A DNA stretch of 62,440 nt, the filler included, from Basidiobolus ranarum (taxonomy: Eukaryota): the NCBI GenBank assembly GCA_040143965.1. It is 20 parts of 20 records of this genome, joined end to end, with 100 filler letters (N's around TTAATTAATTAA, not from the genome) between each part and the next. Parts side by side here need not be neighbours in the genome. Positions count along the whole stretch, not along the records: positions 50,077 to 53,093 come from JASJQH010009665.1; positions 53,194 to 56,210 come from JASJQH010009666.1; positions 56,311 to 59,327 come from JASJQH010009667.1; positions 59,428 to 62,440 come from JASJQH010009668.1; 16 more parts are not named here. One strand, given 5' to 3'. The notes below the pieces were generated by a model that saw only the letters and a program-made list of their open reading frames with translations, was not told the origin of the DNA and did not search any database. Made by a program: the position numbers and the translations under genes. This document shows positions 50,077 through 62,440 of this stretch, piece after piece; within the stretch, counting starts at the first letter, position 1, and each line of letters begins with the position of its first letter.

Positions 50077-50628
50077 TATTGGCTAAATTCTTTACGGAAA
50101 TTTGCCAAAATCCAAGAGTTTATTCTCATTGTGAACAGTAACAAGAGTCAGCTATTTGCCAAGTGTCAGTGCTATTCAAAATTTCAGTTGTTTGGCAATT
50201 TTTCCACCTTTAGTTTGCTGGTAAAGTATATTGATATTGTTGAGTTATGTCTGATCAGTCAAGTATGTGCATATGTAGAGACTATGCACAAAAAGATTCT
50301 TGTATTTCTTGATTCCCATTATGGTTAGAATACAGAGCCAAAAGTTTCTAAATAAAGGCATGTATATTAGTCTAAATTGCTATAGCAGTTAACCTAGTAA
50401 TTTGCCATTTGAAAATTAAATTTTTGCAAAAATTGCCAGAAATTAATAACACATGCCAAATAAGAGGATCAATATCTTAACATGTACAAATACCATCAAG
50501 AGACCACTATCACATCATCCAAATCCCTGGCAGAATGCAAGCAACCAATATTGTGATGGTTTCCTGACAGCTTTGTGCTCTAGAAGGGTGGATCCAATCC
50601 AGATCATATTGATTCTATTTTTTTAGGG
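50077..50628 (+). mobile_element. Family E subterminal block
   Basis: Homologous to 15895-16450 and 25077-25605. Confidence 0.7.
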
Positions 50629-52555
50629 CATCTGAGCCCCATTTGACCAAAATTGCAGTCCCAACTATATCAGAGGATGATTCAAGACCCAGAAGTTTGT
50701 CCAGAGGGAGAAATAAGCCAGAAAACTGGTGGAAAACTTCCAATGATGATGTATATGCTTTTGCAGCATTCTGTGACAAGCCACACACTCTAGATCAAGC
50801 TCCAGAGTGTACAGAATCAAAATTATGGGAAAAAGCAATGTTTGATGTGTTTTTTTGACTTCAGGAAAATAAAATGTGGGTTTTAAGTATTCAACCATCA
50901 GGCAGAAAGCCAATAGGTTGCCAATGGTTCTACAAAGTCAATAACAATGCTGATGAGACCATGGAAAGGTACAAAGCAAGATTAGTTGCAAAATGTTATT
51001 CCCAGACTCCAGGGGTTGATTTTTCTGAAACTGTTGCTCCAGTAGCTAAGTTTAGATCCATTAGATCAATCCAGGCACTCTCAGCCATCCATACCTTGAT
51101 TTACATCAAATGGATGCAAAAACAGCTTTTATAAATGGAAATCTAGAAGAAGAGATCTATATGGAGCAACCAGATGGATTTGTTGACCCAAAACACCCTG
51201 ATATGGTCTGTAAGCTGTAAAATTTACTATATGGACTGAATCAAGCACCCAGGGCATGGTACCACAAGATAGACTCCTAATTGGAATCACTCAAATTCCA
51301 AACATGCACAACATATCACAGTATTTACATCAAAACAACCTAAAATAGTATCCTTATCTTGACACAATAGGTGGTTGACTTGATCATAGCCACAAATAAT
51401 TAAGAAGCACTTTATCAAACAAAAAACTGCTTATCAAACCAATTTCAGATGACTGATATGGGTGAATATGTTGAAATTAGGTAAATAGAAACTCAGTATT
51501 TAGTAGTTAGTTTATTCATATTCCAATTATTTAGCACTCAATTCAGTCATTCAAAAATGTGTGTTTATTGCCTTAATTGATAGAGATATCAATTAGATTA
51601 CTTTTACCAATTTTCACTATTTTCTCAAAACTTCCCCAAATCACCTCAAATTTTCATCCAGGCCTCACAGGCATATTTGTTATGATCTAAGCACATCCAA
51701 TTGTTCTATTTCATAGTAAATTATAAATGGGGTATAATCAATTCAGTAAAACTTAAGTGTCTAATTCACAAATCCAAATCTTGTTCAAAACACTTCTAAT
51801 TCCCGTAAACATTTTTAAACAGGTTATGAGCCCCAAGCTAGCTGCTAAAGGATTGTCTACTAGTACTATTACCAACATTTTTGCATCCACAGAGAAGTTT
51901 GATGGTGAAGACTTTCACCTTTGGGAGTTCAGGATGTAAATGGTGCTAGGAGGCAAGGACCTTTGGGGATTTGTTATAGAAAAAGAAATAGAGCCAAAGG
52001 GACCACCAGAAGCTATCCTTGCCTTTTACAAGAAGCAGAGGAAAGCACTCTCTACACTTTGTCTACATCTCATAGATTCTCAATTGAGGCACATACAAGC
52101 AGCCAAAAACATCCAAAATGCTTGAAAAAAACTTGAGGGACTATATGAGACTCAAAGTCTGGCTAATAGGCTATATCTTGGGCAAAAATTATTCTCAATT
52201 CAGATGAATGCTGATGACTCTATGCTTAATCATATAAATTGGATACAAACTATGGCTGATCCACTCTCATCCATTGGAGCACCTCTGAATGAATATGACT
52301 TAGTCATGACACTACTTGGGAGCCTGCCAGACCAGTTAGGGGACCTCATAATTGCAATGGAATCAAGATCAGGGCCATTAACAAAGGAATAGTTGTGTGC
52401 CAGACTTTTGAATGAGGAATTGAGTAAATCTGTTTCCCCATCAAAACAACCTAAAATAGGATCCTTATCTTGCACAATAGGTGGATGACTTGATCATAGC
52501 CACAAATAATTTAGAAGCACTTAATCAGACAAAAAGCTGCTTATCAAACCAATTT
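50629..52555 (+). mobile_element. Copia family C: RT fragment with a second, internally deleted copy (LTR 51469-51821, PBS, gag) inserted
   Basis: ERYKARLVAK, APVAK. TGTTGAAATTAGG...TTTAAACA then GGTTATGAGCCCC. Gag to about 52440, then a jump to an RT segment (52441-52555) that repeats about 51330-51445. Confidence 0.85.
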
Positions 52556-53201
52556 GACAACAAAAGTAACAGAAGAAAATCATCATGTACTGTTTCAAAC
52601 CTAGCAAACTGCTGAAGACTCTTATTAATACTTACATTATCCTATCTTTACTGTTTAGCACATCATTCAAAATCAATATGGATTTTAGTTAAATATAGCC
52701 TAAATTGCTTTAGTTAGATCACAATTGCCTATGTGCTTATGAAACACTCATAGCATGAAATTGTCATATATCAAAAAAATCAATGATAGCCTATTAATGC
52801 AAGCAATTTCACTACAATCAAATGAAAAATGTCTGTCAATAAAAAGCTTGCGCAGCCATATTGGCTTGACATGCCTCAATCTGTTCATATTTTCACCCAA
52901 ATAGAAGCTTACATGATTGAATGAATAATTTGCTGATCTAAAAATGATGAATCAAGCAATCCGGATCACTACTATCATACTCCAGATTGATCCATCATCA
53001 AGTGCTGTGATTTGTCACCAGTGTGCCAAAACTACTGGTGTTTTGTGATGCAGGAACTGTTGTGCCCAATTGAAAATTAGGATACTGTGTTATNNNNNNN
53101 NNNNNNNNNNNNNNNNNNNNNNNNNNNNNNNNNNNNNTTAATTAATTAANNNNNNNNNNNNNNNNNNNNNNNNNNNNNNNNNNNNNNNNNNNNGTAATGA
53201 T

Positions 53202-53584
53202 TGTTAAAGTATTTGGGAGCCTGTTGGAAGTGGTTTGGAGAATAAGAGAAATTGGTGGTTTTCACTTATTGATTTATAGAGTAGAAAGTTGACATTCATA
53301 GTTTTAGCAAGATGCGAACAAAAAAACTGGTAGAATGTGCTAAGGAAGGTCACAAACAAACGTGTAGAATGTGTTAAGGAAGATCCCAGGAACACGTGTG
53401 CAAGGTTTGGGGCTTCTAGCACAAATTGGAAAAATCAATATATCTGGGAACTTCAAAGTTGGTGTCAAATATTCTAAGTAAATTCGGATTTCGAATAGTT
53501 GGTGATATCTTAGTTCAATATGGAATAACTAAATACTAAGCTATATATGACTATATAGGTGTTTAGGCTATGCTTATTTAAACA
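53202..53584 (-). mobile_element. Solo LTR, copia family D
   Basis: Perfect TSD ATGAT (53197-53201 / 53585-53589), small internal duplication, CpGs retained. Confidence 0.9.
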
Positions 53585-54361
53585 ATGATATGGTGAGAAT
53601 TGGACTTAACCACTGATGGTTGAAATATTAGGATTTATTGAAGTGAAGGAGGATGGCTCTAGCTTTAGTAACTTGAAATTCATGTCTTTTATATGAGCAT
53701 AAAGCAACAATATAATCTTCAAATTGGACAGTATTGGATGGATATGCTGTGGGGATGATCTTGGATAGATATGAATGAAGGTGTTCCTGTTGACAGGAAT
53801 AGTGTTAATCACTGAGCTTAAAATATGCTGGTCTTTGATCAAGTCAAATATATGAATTTATTGACGAGTTTTTGTTACACGGCTGATATTAACAATAGCA
53901 ATAACATAGCAATGAACCAATCCATGTTCAACATCACGAAGGTGGATATTTACTGATTGGTATATGAAGCATGTAAATTCACACCTTCTTCTTATCTTTC
54001 TCACTAGGCTTGGTATCCCTCGAATTAAGTCTAGCGGCAATTATTCCGAAGAATTGGTGTATATTCGTTATTGATCTTAAACACTCCACACCCAGCCTAT
54101 TGATTTCCTTATTGAGACACGAGATCACAACTTTCGACTTGTGATTTAGTTTTGACTTTCTTGAGCAATCGTATTCTGCTCCTACATATCTATTCTTCAC
54201 ATTTGATATACGAAGTAGCCGTTTGGAACTCACTTCTGTTTGTACCTTCTACTATCCCTTTAAAACTTATTCATTGATTTTAAAGAATCAGTCTTAAGTT
54301 TTGCGTTTATACAAAAAAGTAAACCCTCCACAAGAAAACCTTAACACTTTATTCCAAAAAA

Positions 54362-55869
54362 ATGGCCTTGGCAAAAGTAGCATCTGAGTTCAAAAACTTG
54401 GTTTATATGGGCATGTCTAGCTGCATTCCCTTACCCGTACTTAACATCAACGGACGCAGCTTTAAAATAATGAAATTGCTTGGTGAAGGGTGAGTACTAA
54501 ACCATAATTGTTGACTTAATTTTACCAACTATTGACGTTCTCTCCGAATCCAGTGGCTTCAGCATGGTTTATCTAGTCAAGGATTCTACTACAGGTCGTC
54601 AATTCGCTCTCAAAAAAATCCAATGCCCATTGGGTACAGACACTTTTAAAGATGCAATGCGTGAAGCGGAATTATATAAACTCTTTTCCCATCCTAACAT
54701 CATCCGTGTCATGGTATATATATTTTGAGATTTCCTCGGTCTTCCAGATGTATAACGTGTTTCCTTGTAGGATAATTGCGTACTTCAAGAAAAGAATGGA
54801 GATAAAACAGTCTACATTTTCCTTCCTTATTACAAGGTATATATTGTAAAGTACTTTTTGACGATATGGAAAGTATTTTACTAACGATATTATAGAATGG
54901 AACTTTGCAAGATATTATGTCCACGAACATCATGAACCATCTTCAGCTTCCGGAGAAGAAAATATTAAAAATGTTCCACGGCGTTTGTTTGGCTGTTCGC
55001 GAGTTACATACCTTTGAATTACCACATATACCAGTCGTTTCCGAAAACCCAGACGAGTTCGTTGGTTCAGAAAACGGAGGTAACAGGGTACCTTATGCTC
55101 ATCGTGACATCAAACCAAGGTAAGAGTATTTACTTGAATCATTTTCCTCCCTGTTATTGACTTTTTCTTCTTAGTAATGTTATTCTTGGAGATGATGCCA
55201 CGCCAATCTTAATGGACTTTGGTAGCGTAATTCGAGCAAAAACTGTTATCAAGACGCGCCAACAAGCTCTGTTAGAGCAGGTAAATTTTAAAGACACGTA
55301 TGGATAAGAGTGCTTATTAATGCGTTACAAATGATTGAACATACAGGATCGAGCAGCCGAATATTCTACCATGGCATATAGAGCACCCGAGCTATTCGAC
55401 GTCAAAACAGGCAGTGTGTTAAACGAAAAAGTAGACATTTGGGTGAGTTTGAAAACATTGTTCTACTCCTAGTTTTTCCTATACTAGTACTAACTTAACT
55501 ATATTCAGTCGTTAGGATGTTTACTTTATGCTATAGCCTACGGGCAATCACCTTTTGAAGCCAATCAAAACGAACAAGGTGGAAATATTGCACTTGCAGT
55601 ACAAAATTGCAAGTACAGTTTTCCCAGCGATGACTTGTATGTCTTTACTCCCTCTTGATGCTATAATACTTTTAGACTGAGATTCTTTCTTGTAGATACT
55701 CGGAGCATCTTCGCGAGTTAATTCGGTATATGCTGGTTCTAGATGTCAAGCAAAGACCAGATATTCACCAGGTATTCTTCCCAATATTTCATGCCAGCTG
55801 TCTACAACTCTGATTAAACTTTGATGATTTTAGGTGATTTCCAAACTAGATGAGATGCTATTCAATTAA
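54362..55869 (+). CDS. NAK-family Ser/Thr kinase (STK16/Env7-like), 9 exons, 339 aa
   Basis: Exons 54362-54489, 54554-54713, 54771-54836, 54896-55119, 55175-55280, 55347-55442, 55509-55636, 55696-55771, 55834-55869 (1020 nt). LGEGGFS, FALKKI, HRDIKPSN, MDFGS, TMAYRAPELF, KVDIWSLG. Confidence 0.93.
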
Positions 55870-56334
55870 ATATTATGGCAAACCCCTTCTTTCCGAACGT
55901 ACTTCAAACCACCATCGTTTGACTATTACCAAATACTGACGTAATCAGTCTCGCGTTTGGTTTTAGCTGTTTATTCCCCCCCCCCTTTCTAGCCATCAAA
56001 AATGCCTCGATTCGTCTGAAGGAGCACATAATCTTATCTTTCAACTCAAGAATCAAATTTAACCATAATATCTCTGTTACTGATCACAGAAGAGTCACTG
56101 TTACATCCCATTTGTGGAATTTACATTAAATCAATTTGAAATTTGTAACTTTCGTTACCTGATGATAAATGATGAGCGTATACGTTTATCCTCTACATTG
56201 AGCCATGATCNNNNNNNNNNNNNNNNNNNNNNNNNNNNNNNNNNNNNNNNNNNNTTAATTAATTAANNNNNNNNNNNNNNNNNNNNNNNNNNNNNNNNNN
56301 NNNNNNNNNNGGTTTCTTCTCCACATTTGTATAG

Positions 56335-57027
56335 TTGGTATCAGGATGTACGAGTGGCCATATGATCTGTGGTGTGTCTCGACTTTCTCCACGCTCCATC
56401 GTTGCTACAGCAACGTTCTTCTCCACAGGACTTATTACAGCCAACGTTATGGACAAGCTGTATCCGGAATCAGCAACCGATGTTACACTTCAACTCCCCT
56501 CGCTGTTAAACGCTTTAGGATTATTGGGACTTCCCTATCTAACTCTCTTGATGTTCCGTATGGTTCGCTACCTTACCGATCAACAAATCATCCCATCATC
56601 TGAGACTGGACGTAATATCGTTGCCGCACTATCAGGGTTTTTCTTCTCCCTCGGATTATCGGTCTCGGGTATGTCCAATCCCGCCAAGGTCCTTGATTTT
56701 TTGCGGATTTTGTCGCCCAGGTGGGATCCATCACTTGCGTTTGTTGCCCTTGGAGGCTTAATTCCTTATGGAGTTCTATACCACAAATCCATCAAACAAT
56801 CGCCTAAACCAGCTTTAGCTCCAAAGTTTGACGTGCCCACGTCCACAACTATCGACAAGAAGCTTGTTACTGGAGCATCTATATTTGGCATTGGGTGGGG
56901 CCTGGCTGGTGTCTGCCCTGGACCAGCCATAGTAGGAGCAGCATCAGTTTTATCTACAGGAGCAGTAGGTTCATTGGTTTTCTTGGCCTCCATGGCAGCT
57001 GGAATGTTAGTTGCTTCGAAGGCATAG
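56335..57027 (+). CDS. YeeE/YedE (thiosulfate/sulfur transport) family membrane protein, last exon
   Basis: Begins after an AG acceptor at 56333-56334. [42 protein letters not shown]. Confidence 0.9.
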   Translation: MVSGCTSGHMICGVSRLSPRSIVATATFFSTGLITANVMDKLYPESATDVTLQLPSLLNALGLLGLPYLTLLMFRMVRYLTDQQIIPSSETGRNIVAALSGFFFSLGLSVSGMSNPAKVLDFLRILSPRWDPSLAFVALGGLIPYGVLYHKSIKQSPKPALAPKFDVPTSTTIDKKLVTGASIFGIGWGLAGVCPGPAIVGAASVLSTGAVGSLVFLASMAAGMLVASKA

Positions 57028-58188
57028 TTAATGATTTGTTAAATAATGGACCATGAAGTGACAGAGAAATATCAAGACTGAAGCAATAAAAATTTAAACT
57101 ATATACTTCAACTGAATCTCTTACCCTTTTCATACCCATCGTACTACCGTAATGCGTTAGATGTTACAATAAGGATAGTATGCAATCAAAAATAGACTTA
57201 CTGCTCTAGCTAAATTAAGTGTGTAAGATGAAGTATGAAAACTGGCAGTTCTGTTTACTCACATCTATCCATTTATAGAGTAAACATTATAAAATATATA
57301 TAAGTGAGTGATATCTGATCAAACGCGATGGAAATCAGTTGTGATAAATAACACAATTCTCATGTTGAGCTCACGATTGGCAATAGGCTCTTATTTGAAG
57401 CATTCATCCAACCTGGATCTGGCGAAATTATTGTTCATAGCGCATACCAAAAAATGAATACCAATATGTTTAACACTAGTAAAATTAATAATCAAAATTC
57501 TCTCTTGAGTGATACTATATCAAAGAATCCATTGAACTGTGTCTTAGTTACCACCACTATTTTCATCATTAGTAATAAGGATGAGCAAATTCAATGTAAT
57601 ATTATATATTACTGCAATAGCAAAATTGTATTGATTCAAGAGTACTCCTGCTCAAAATTATACAAACTGGAGTTGCTATAAAATATGAAGGCTATAATGA
57701 CTTCAACAAAATATCATGTGTATAATTCAATACGTGAGCTCATGAGCAGAGTATAGCTGGCATCCTATTAATGGTGCTTGGCTCACGAAAAATGTAGCGC
57801 TTTTGGGTAAACAATGCATAGGCTTAGCAATGTATATCATGTCTGTTAGCATCAACAGGCTTGCCAGTAGTCAGATTTATCGCGATTATAATAGGCCAAG
57901 ATTTGATTGCGGCTCATTATCATACTTTTTATAGGACTGCGTTACCATTGCATTGTACTAAATTGTAGAAGAAATTAAATACATAATTCCATATCTATGG
58001 AGACCCACAAGGAATACAATCAAACAGCTCTACATGTTAGCAAAAACTCACTAGCACTCATTTACTTTTTTGCATTCTTTTTTTTCAAATAACAATATCT
58101 CTTCATTCATTCAGTGTTTTAACTTGATATTTTTCATATTGCTTAGGCAGAGTCCAAATAACAGTCTTCCTTAGTATGAAGGTGAGTC

Positions 58189-58532
58189 AGTACAAGTATT
58201 TTGGAAATTTGTTGGAAGTAGTTTGGAGAACTAGAAGATTTGGTGGTTTTTACTTATTGATTTATTGAGTAGAAAGCTGCTGTTTACAGTTTTATCAAGA
58301 TGTAAACTGACGAACATGTAGAGTATGTTAAAAAAGGTTCCAGGAACATGTGTGGAAGGTTTGGAGCTTCTAGCATAAATTTGAGAAATCTCTATATTGG
58401 AGAACATCTAAGTTGATCTCAATATTCTAAGTAAATTCCAGTTGAGAAAAGTTTGTGATATCTTAGTTCAATATAGGATAACTAAATACTAAGCTATATA
58501 TGACCCTATAGGTGTTTAGGCTTATTTCAACG
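58189..58532 (-). mobile_element. Older solo LTR, family D
   Basis: Homologous to 58781-59101 with eroded ends and 4/5 TSD (GAGTC/GATTC). Confidence 0.78.
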
Positions 58533-58780
58533 GATTCCACTAATCTTAGTGACATTTTTACATTTATATTCATTGTAGTAAGTTAATCAATATTGTGCTC
58601 AATTTGATTTATGCCCTAAAATTACATATTATTAGCTGTATATCAAAATTCTATGTTATATAGGATTGAAGATTTTAGCATTATGGTTTTCGCCATGGTC
58701 ATTACATGTTTCATATAAGTTTTGCTTGCTAGCACCAACCAAACTTCTCACAGGCACTAAATATTGGATAGGAGTCTACC

Positions 58781-59101
58781 TGTTAGAGTATTTGGGAGCC
58801 TGTTGGAAGTGGTTTGGAGAATTGGAGAAATTGGTGGTTATAACTTATTGATTTATTGAGTTGAAAGTTGACTTTTATCAAGATGGAAACAAAATAACGT
58901 GTAGAATGTGTTAAGGAAGGTCCCAGGAACATGTGTGCAAAGTTTGGGGCTTCTAGCACAAGTTTGAAAAATCTATATATCTGAGAACTTCTAAGTAAAT
59001 TCCGATTGAGAATAATGGGTAATAGCTTAGTGAAATATAAGATAACTAAGTACTAAGCTATATATGACTATATTGATGTTTAGGCAATGCTAATTTCAAC
59101 A
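58781..59101 (-). mobile_element. Solo LTR, family D
   Basis: TGTTGAAATTAGC...CTCTAACA with perfect TSD CTACC (58776-58780 / 59102-59106). Confidence 0.92.
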
Positions 59102-61977
59102 CTACCAACATACCAGAAGTTCAATACGTTAAAATTTCTCTCACTCTGACAACTATTGTGACTTCATACATATCAACAAAATGCTGTTTTTCAGCAATCA
59201 ATCCATTGACAGTGAAATCATTTACTAGCTGTTAGTGAAAAAAATGTCTTGATCAGTAATAAATATTGAAGGAGACCTGTTCTGTTTCCTTTGTAATAAC
59301 AAATATATGCATCAAAATGAGCTTAATNNNNNNNNNNNNNNNNNNNNNNNNNNNNNNNNNNNNNNNNNNNNTTAATTAATTAANNNNNNNNNNNNNNNNN
59401 NNNNNNNNNNNNNNNNNNNNNNNNNNNAGCTCGTGAATGTCTTTCTCGTTTGTAGTCATAGTTAGTTGAACTGATGATGGTGTCTACTTGCAATTCTCTG
59501 GTTCCTCTTATATAGTCTCCAACTAATAATGCTTAGATATTGTAGATTTTGTGATAGATAATACACTCATCTCTAACAACTGATATCCAGATTAAGTTGG
59601 AATAAATCGTGTAGCAGTGTGTGGTCCCAGAAAACTTGACATATGCATTCGTGTGTTACCCGGAGAACTTGGTTTAGTAAAACCGGAATTGACTGGTTAT
59701 AGCGTGAGGATGTATCCGTTTAAATCAGTTATGAGAATTTTGGATTCACCGGTTTTGATCCTTAGTTGTGGATTTCGCGACTTGGATTTTGATTTATGGC
59801 GACATCCTTAATCTCTAGGTTTTTGTCATGTGGGAGCTTGTTCGGTTGTATTGAATGACCTAATATAGATACAAAATTCGGAATTGCGTGCATAAATGTA
59901 TCATGTGGCTTTATCGGTTGATTTCGGTGTTTAATATTGACCATCTCGAGAGTAGTATCCATAGATTTTACTGTATATACTTTTTATTGTGTACACTACA
60001 TCGAACATAATTAGTTACAACATTGTCATAGTACAAGAAATGGCCAATCCCCAACTAAATTTCTCTTCAGCTCCTACCAACTATGAGAACATATTCGTTT
60101 GCTGTGCTCATTAAAATTTGCGTCAAACTCAAACGCACATTTAGTTTTTACTAACTATAACAAGATTCTTCAAAATATCACGGGATTGCACTCGTACTCC
60201 TTGTTCCCACAATGAGCCATAGGTAGTACTATTTTTCAAATAAAGATATGTAAACGTATACACAGCGAGCCATTTAATAGGAACCTTTTAAGTTCATTTG
60301 CGTTTAAATAGTAATCTTACTGTGACCAGATTGCTGTAAATCCCAAAGGAGACTGCAGGATAGTTACTATAATGGACAGTTGAGTGAGCGTGAAAATGTA
60401 AGCATCATCCTAAACCCGTAGGTTGATTTTGGCTACATGAATATGGACATGTTTCAAAGTATTTAGGGAGTCTCCTTACATTGTCATATAATTGTATGTG
60501 AATGGCTTTTTCAACTTAATGTCTCTTGCTTGGTAACACATGGCGACCATAAAAATGATGAGAAAATTTACTTCCAAAGCCTACAATCCAATTATTAAGT
60601 AATACTGCTAAATTAGATATCGATTTGAGAGTAAGTAAGCTGGATAAAGATGGAGATGGTTCAGTCTATCCAAGTGACAGAAGGGCCCATGAGAGTAATT
60701 GCCAATTACGGTGTAGCTTGGAGGGATATCTTGACAATCTCTACATCTACACATTCATCAAGGTCTCACTTTTACTGTATATATTCCGCTTTTGAACTCT
60801 GAATATGTATGCACTAAATGCAATTCCGATTACCCGCCATTAGAGCAAACATCCGGGTTTTGCCTTGACAAGTTATGCAATCAACGAGGAGAGTATTAAA
60901 ACATATAAAAAAAAGGCTATAAATTCTTTGGTGAGGCCAATACTGACAATGAGATGATACACAGCCACTAGCTTAATACCACCTAATTGAAACGTTGTGT
61001 AGTGAGGAAATTATGTCTGGTGGAAAGAGTCATATTATTTAATAATGTTCTCTTAAACACACCAGATACATTACCATGAAGTGAAGTCACAAGAATTGTG
61101 CTGATGAGTGCAAATTTTAAGCTAGTATATTTCACTAGGTTTAGGAATTTTGTAATCGGAAGTATATGGGAGGACGTGGCAAGTTCTGGGCAGGTTCTGA
61201 GAAATACTTGGCTTTAGATACAGTATGTAACATAGATAAATAGTGATCTACTCTGTTTGGGGTTAGTCACATATCTTTAAATCTACCATTAGACTGCACT
61301 AACCACGAGATTCGCATCTTGCTGTTGAAAATTACTTGACCAAATAGAAGAATGTACACAACTTTACAACAAATATTCTAGGATAAACTTGAATAGAAAA
61401 TCAATTGCCAAAAGAGGTGCAATAGAACAACACAAGGAGTCACACTCGCTCAGCGGTGATACCTTCATATTGATTATCCGCTGGCAACTAATGAAATCAA
61501 GTACAATACCAGAATGACAAAGACATAATCGAAAATAGAATTCCTTGTGCTGAACTATATTTATGTTGCTATCTAGCTTCAGCATTTTGAATGTTCGTTA
61601 ACATACCCAGTTCTTACGAAAATTCTCTAACAGATTTGAAGTTAAAAAAATCATACAATGATTGAGTAACCTATACCCAGAGCAACCAGAATAAGGCTTT
61701 TCGTAGCCCTCGGCTGGTACGTAATTTTGGTGAAATCAACGCTAATCCAAATGAGAATGTGCTGAAAAAATATGTGTTAAGAGATTGTGTCTCACTTACA
61801 CTCTAATATCTTAAACCTTGTCGATTGCTATACATGTAGAAGATACTACGAACAGATCGTTTGTAGCTCGAATTGGAATTAAAACCTATACTAGTAGTGA
61901 ACAAATAATGAAGCTGAGATTTTAATCAAGATAGAGTAACAAGGAAAAATGTGGTAAAATTAGTTACATCTCTCCAT

Positions 61978-62440
61978 TCAATATGAATGCAAATGTTCAC
62001 TCGAACAGTCTGGAGATTGATGCTCTTTATTATGCAGATTCCATGGTATCGTATCTTCTTTGTAGATATATTTGGTAGCCATTAAACAAAATATACCATT
62101 GGCAATAAGGCCAATAACACAGTAGAAGAAGTATTTCGGTGGCCCCTGTAACAATGTACCCTTTAGCCTTTCCTCAACAGAGGTTATAACTAAGTTACCA
62201 AGTGATATAGATATCAATTCAACAGAGGCTGAAGTAGTTTTCATCTGACAACCTACTTGAGTGTAAGCGAACTGAGAGAGAGTGGGTGCCATCATAGCTT
62301 CTCCAAAGGAAAGAAGAGCCCATTGAGGTAGTTGCCAGGCTCCGTGAAGGCAGTTGGGGCAGGTGATGACTTGCTTGCCAGCAGCATCATAGGTACCATC
62401 GAACTTGGACTCAACAATGTATTGGATACCACCAGACAAG
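61978..62440 (-). CDS. POT/PTR2 peptide transporter, C-terminal part
   Basis: AWQLPQWALLSFGEAMMAPTLSQFAYTQVGCQMKT...LGNLV, typical of the POT family C-terminal helices. Confidence 0.82.
   Translation of the reverse strand, partial: LSGGIQYIVESKFDGTYDAAGKQVITCPNCLHGAWQLPQWALLSFGEAMMAPTLSQFAYTQVGCQMKTTSASVELISISLGNLVITSVEERLKGTLLQGPPKYFFYCVIGLIANGIFCLMATKYIYKEDTIPWNLHNKEHQSPDCSSEHLHSY

Noticed and set aside
53606-54233. Small gene divergent from the kinase
   Set aside because: ORFs are short, discontinuous and without recognisable similarity.
9412-62440. Metabolic gene cluster (galE, HAD, pirin, POX1, YeeE, PTR2)
   Set aside because: The genes are on different contigs joined artificially.

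Overview
This window is not one locus. It is 20 separate contigs of about 3 kb, sorted by decreasing length (3039 to 3013 bp) and joined by identical 100-bp artificial linkers (44 N + TTAATTAATTAA + 44 N), so adjacency across linkers has no meaning. The DNA is eukaryotic and AT-rich with short GT-AG introns, most consistent with a fungus (early-diverging lineage by inference). Host genes found: a GPR1/FUN34/YaaH (Ato) transporter, UDP-glucose 4-epimerase (partial), a HAD sugar phosphatase, two tandem pirins, an acyl-CoA oxidase with an N-terminal PTS2, a 9-exon NAK/STK16-Env7 kinase, a YeeE/YedE sulfur transporter (partial) and a POT/PTR2 transporter (partial). About two thirds of the contigs are decayed, nested, nearly CpG-free transposons: three Ty1/copia LTR families (A, C, D), a chromodomain-bearing Ty3/gypsy family (B), a 1.09-kb solo LTR and a CACTA-like DNA transposon family. 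The best candidate for a new system is a 282-bp LTR (TGTTGAAA...TTTCAACA, 5-bp TSD GATGG, three copies) carrying a complete tRNA-like Pol III cassette with no T4 terminator on its sense strand, i.e. a Cassandra/Helenus-like retroelement. Second is a decayed ORF built from roughly 25 copies of an unrecognised 28-aa repeat.
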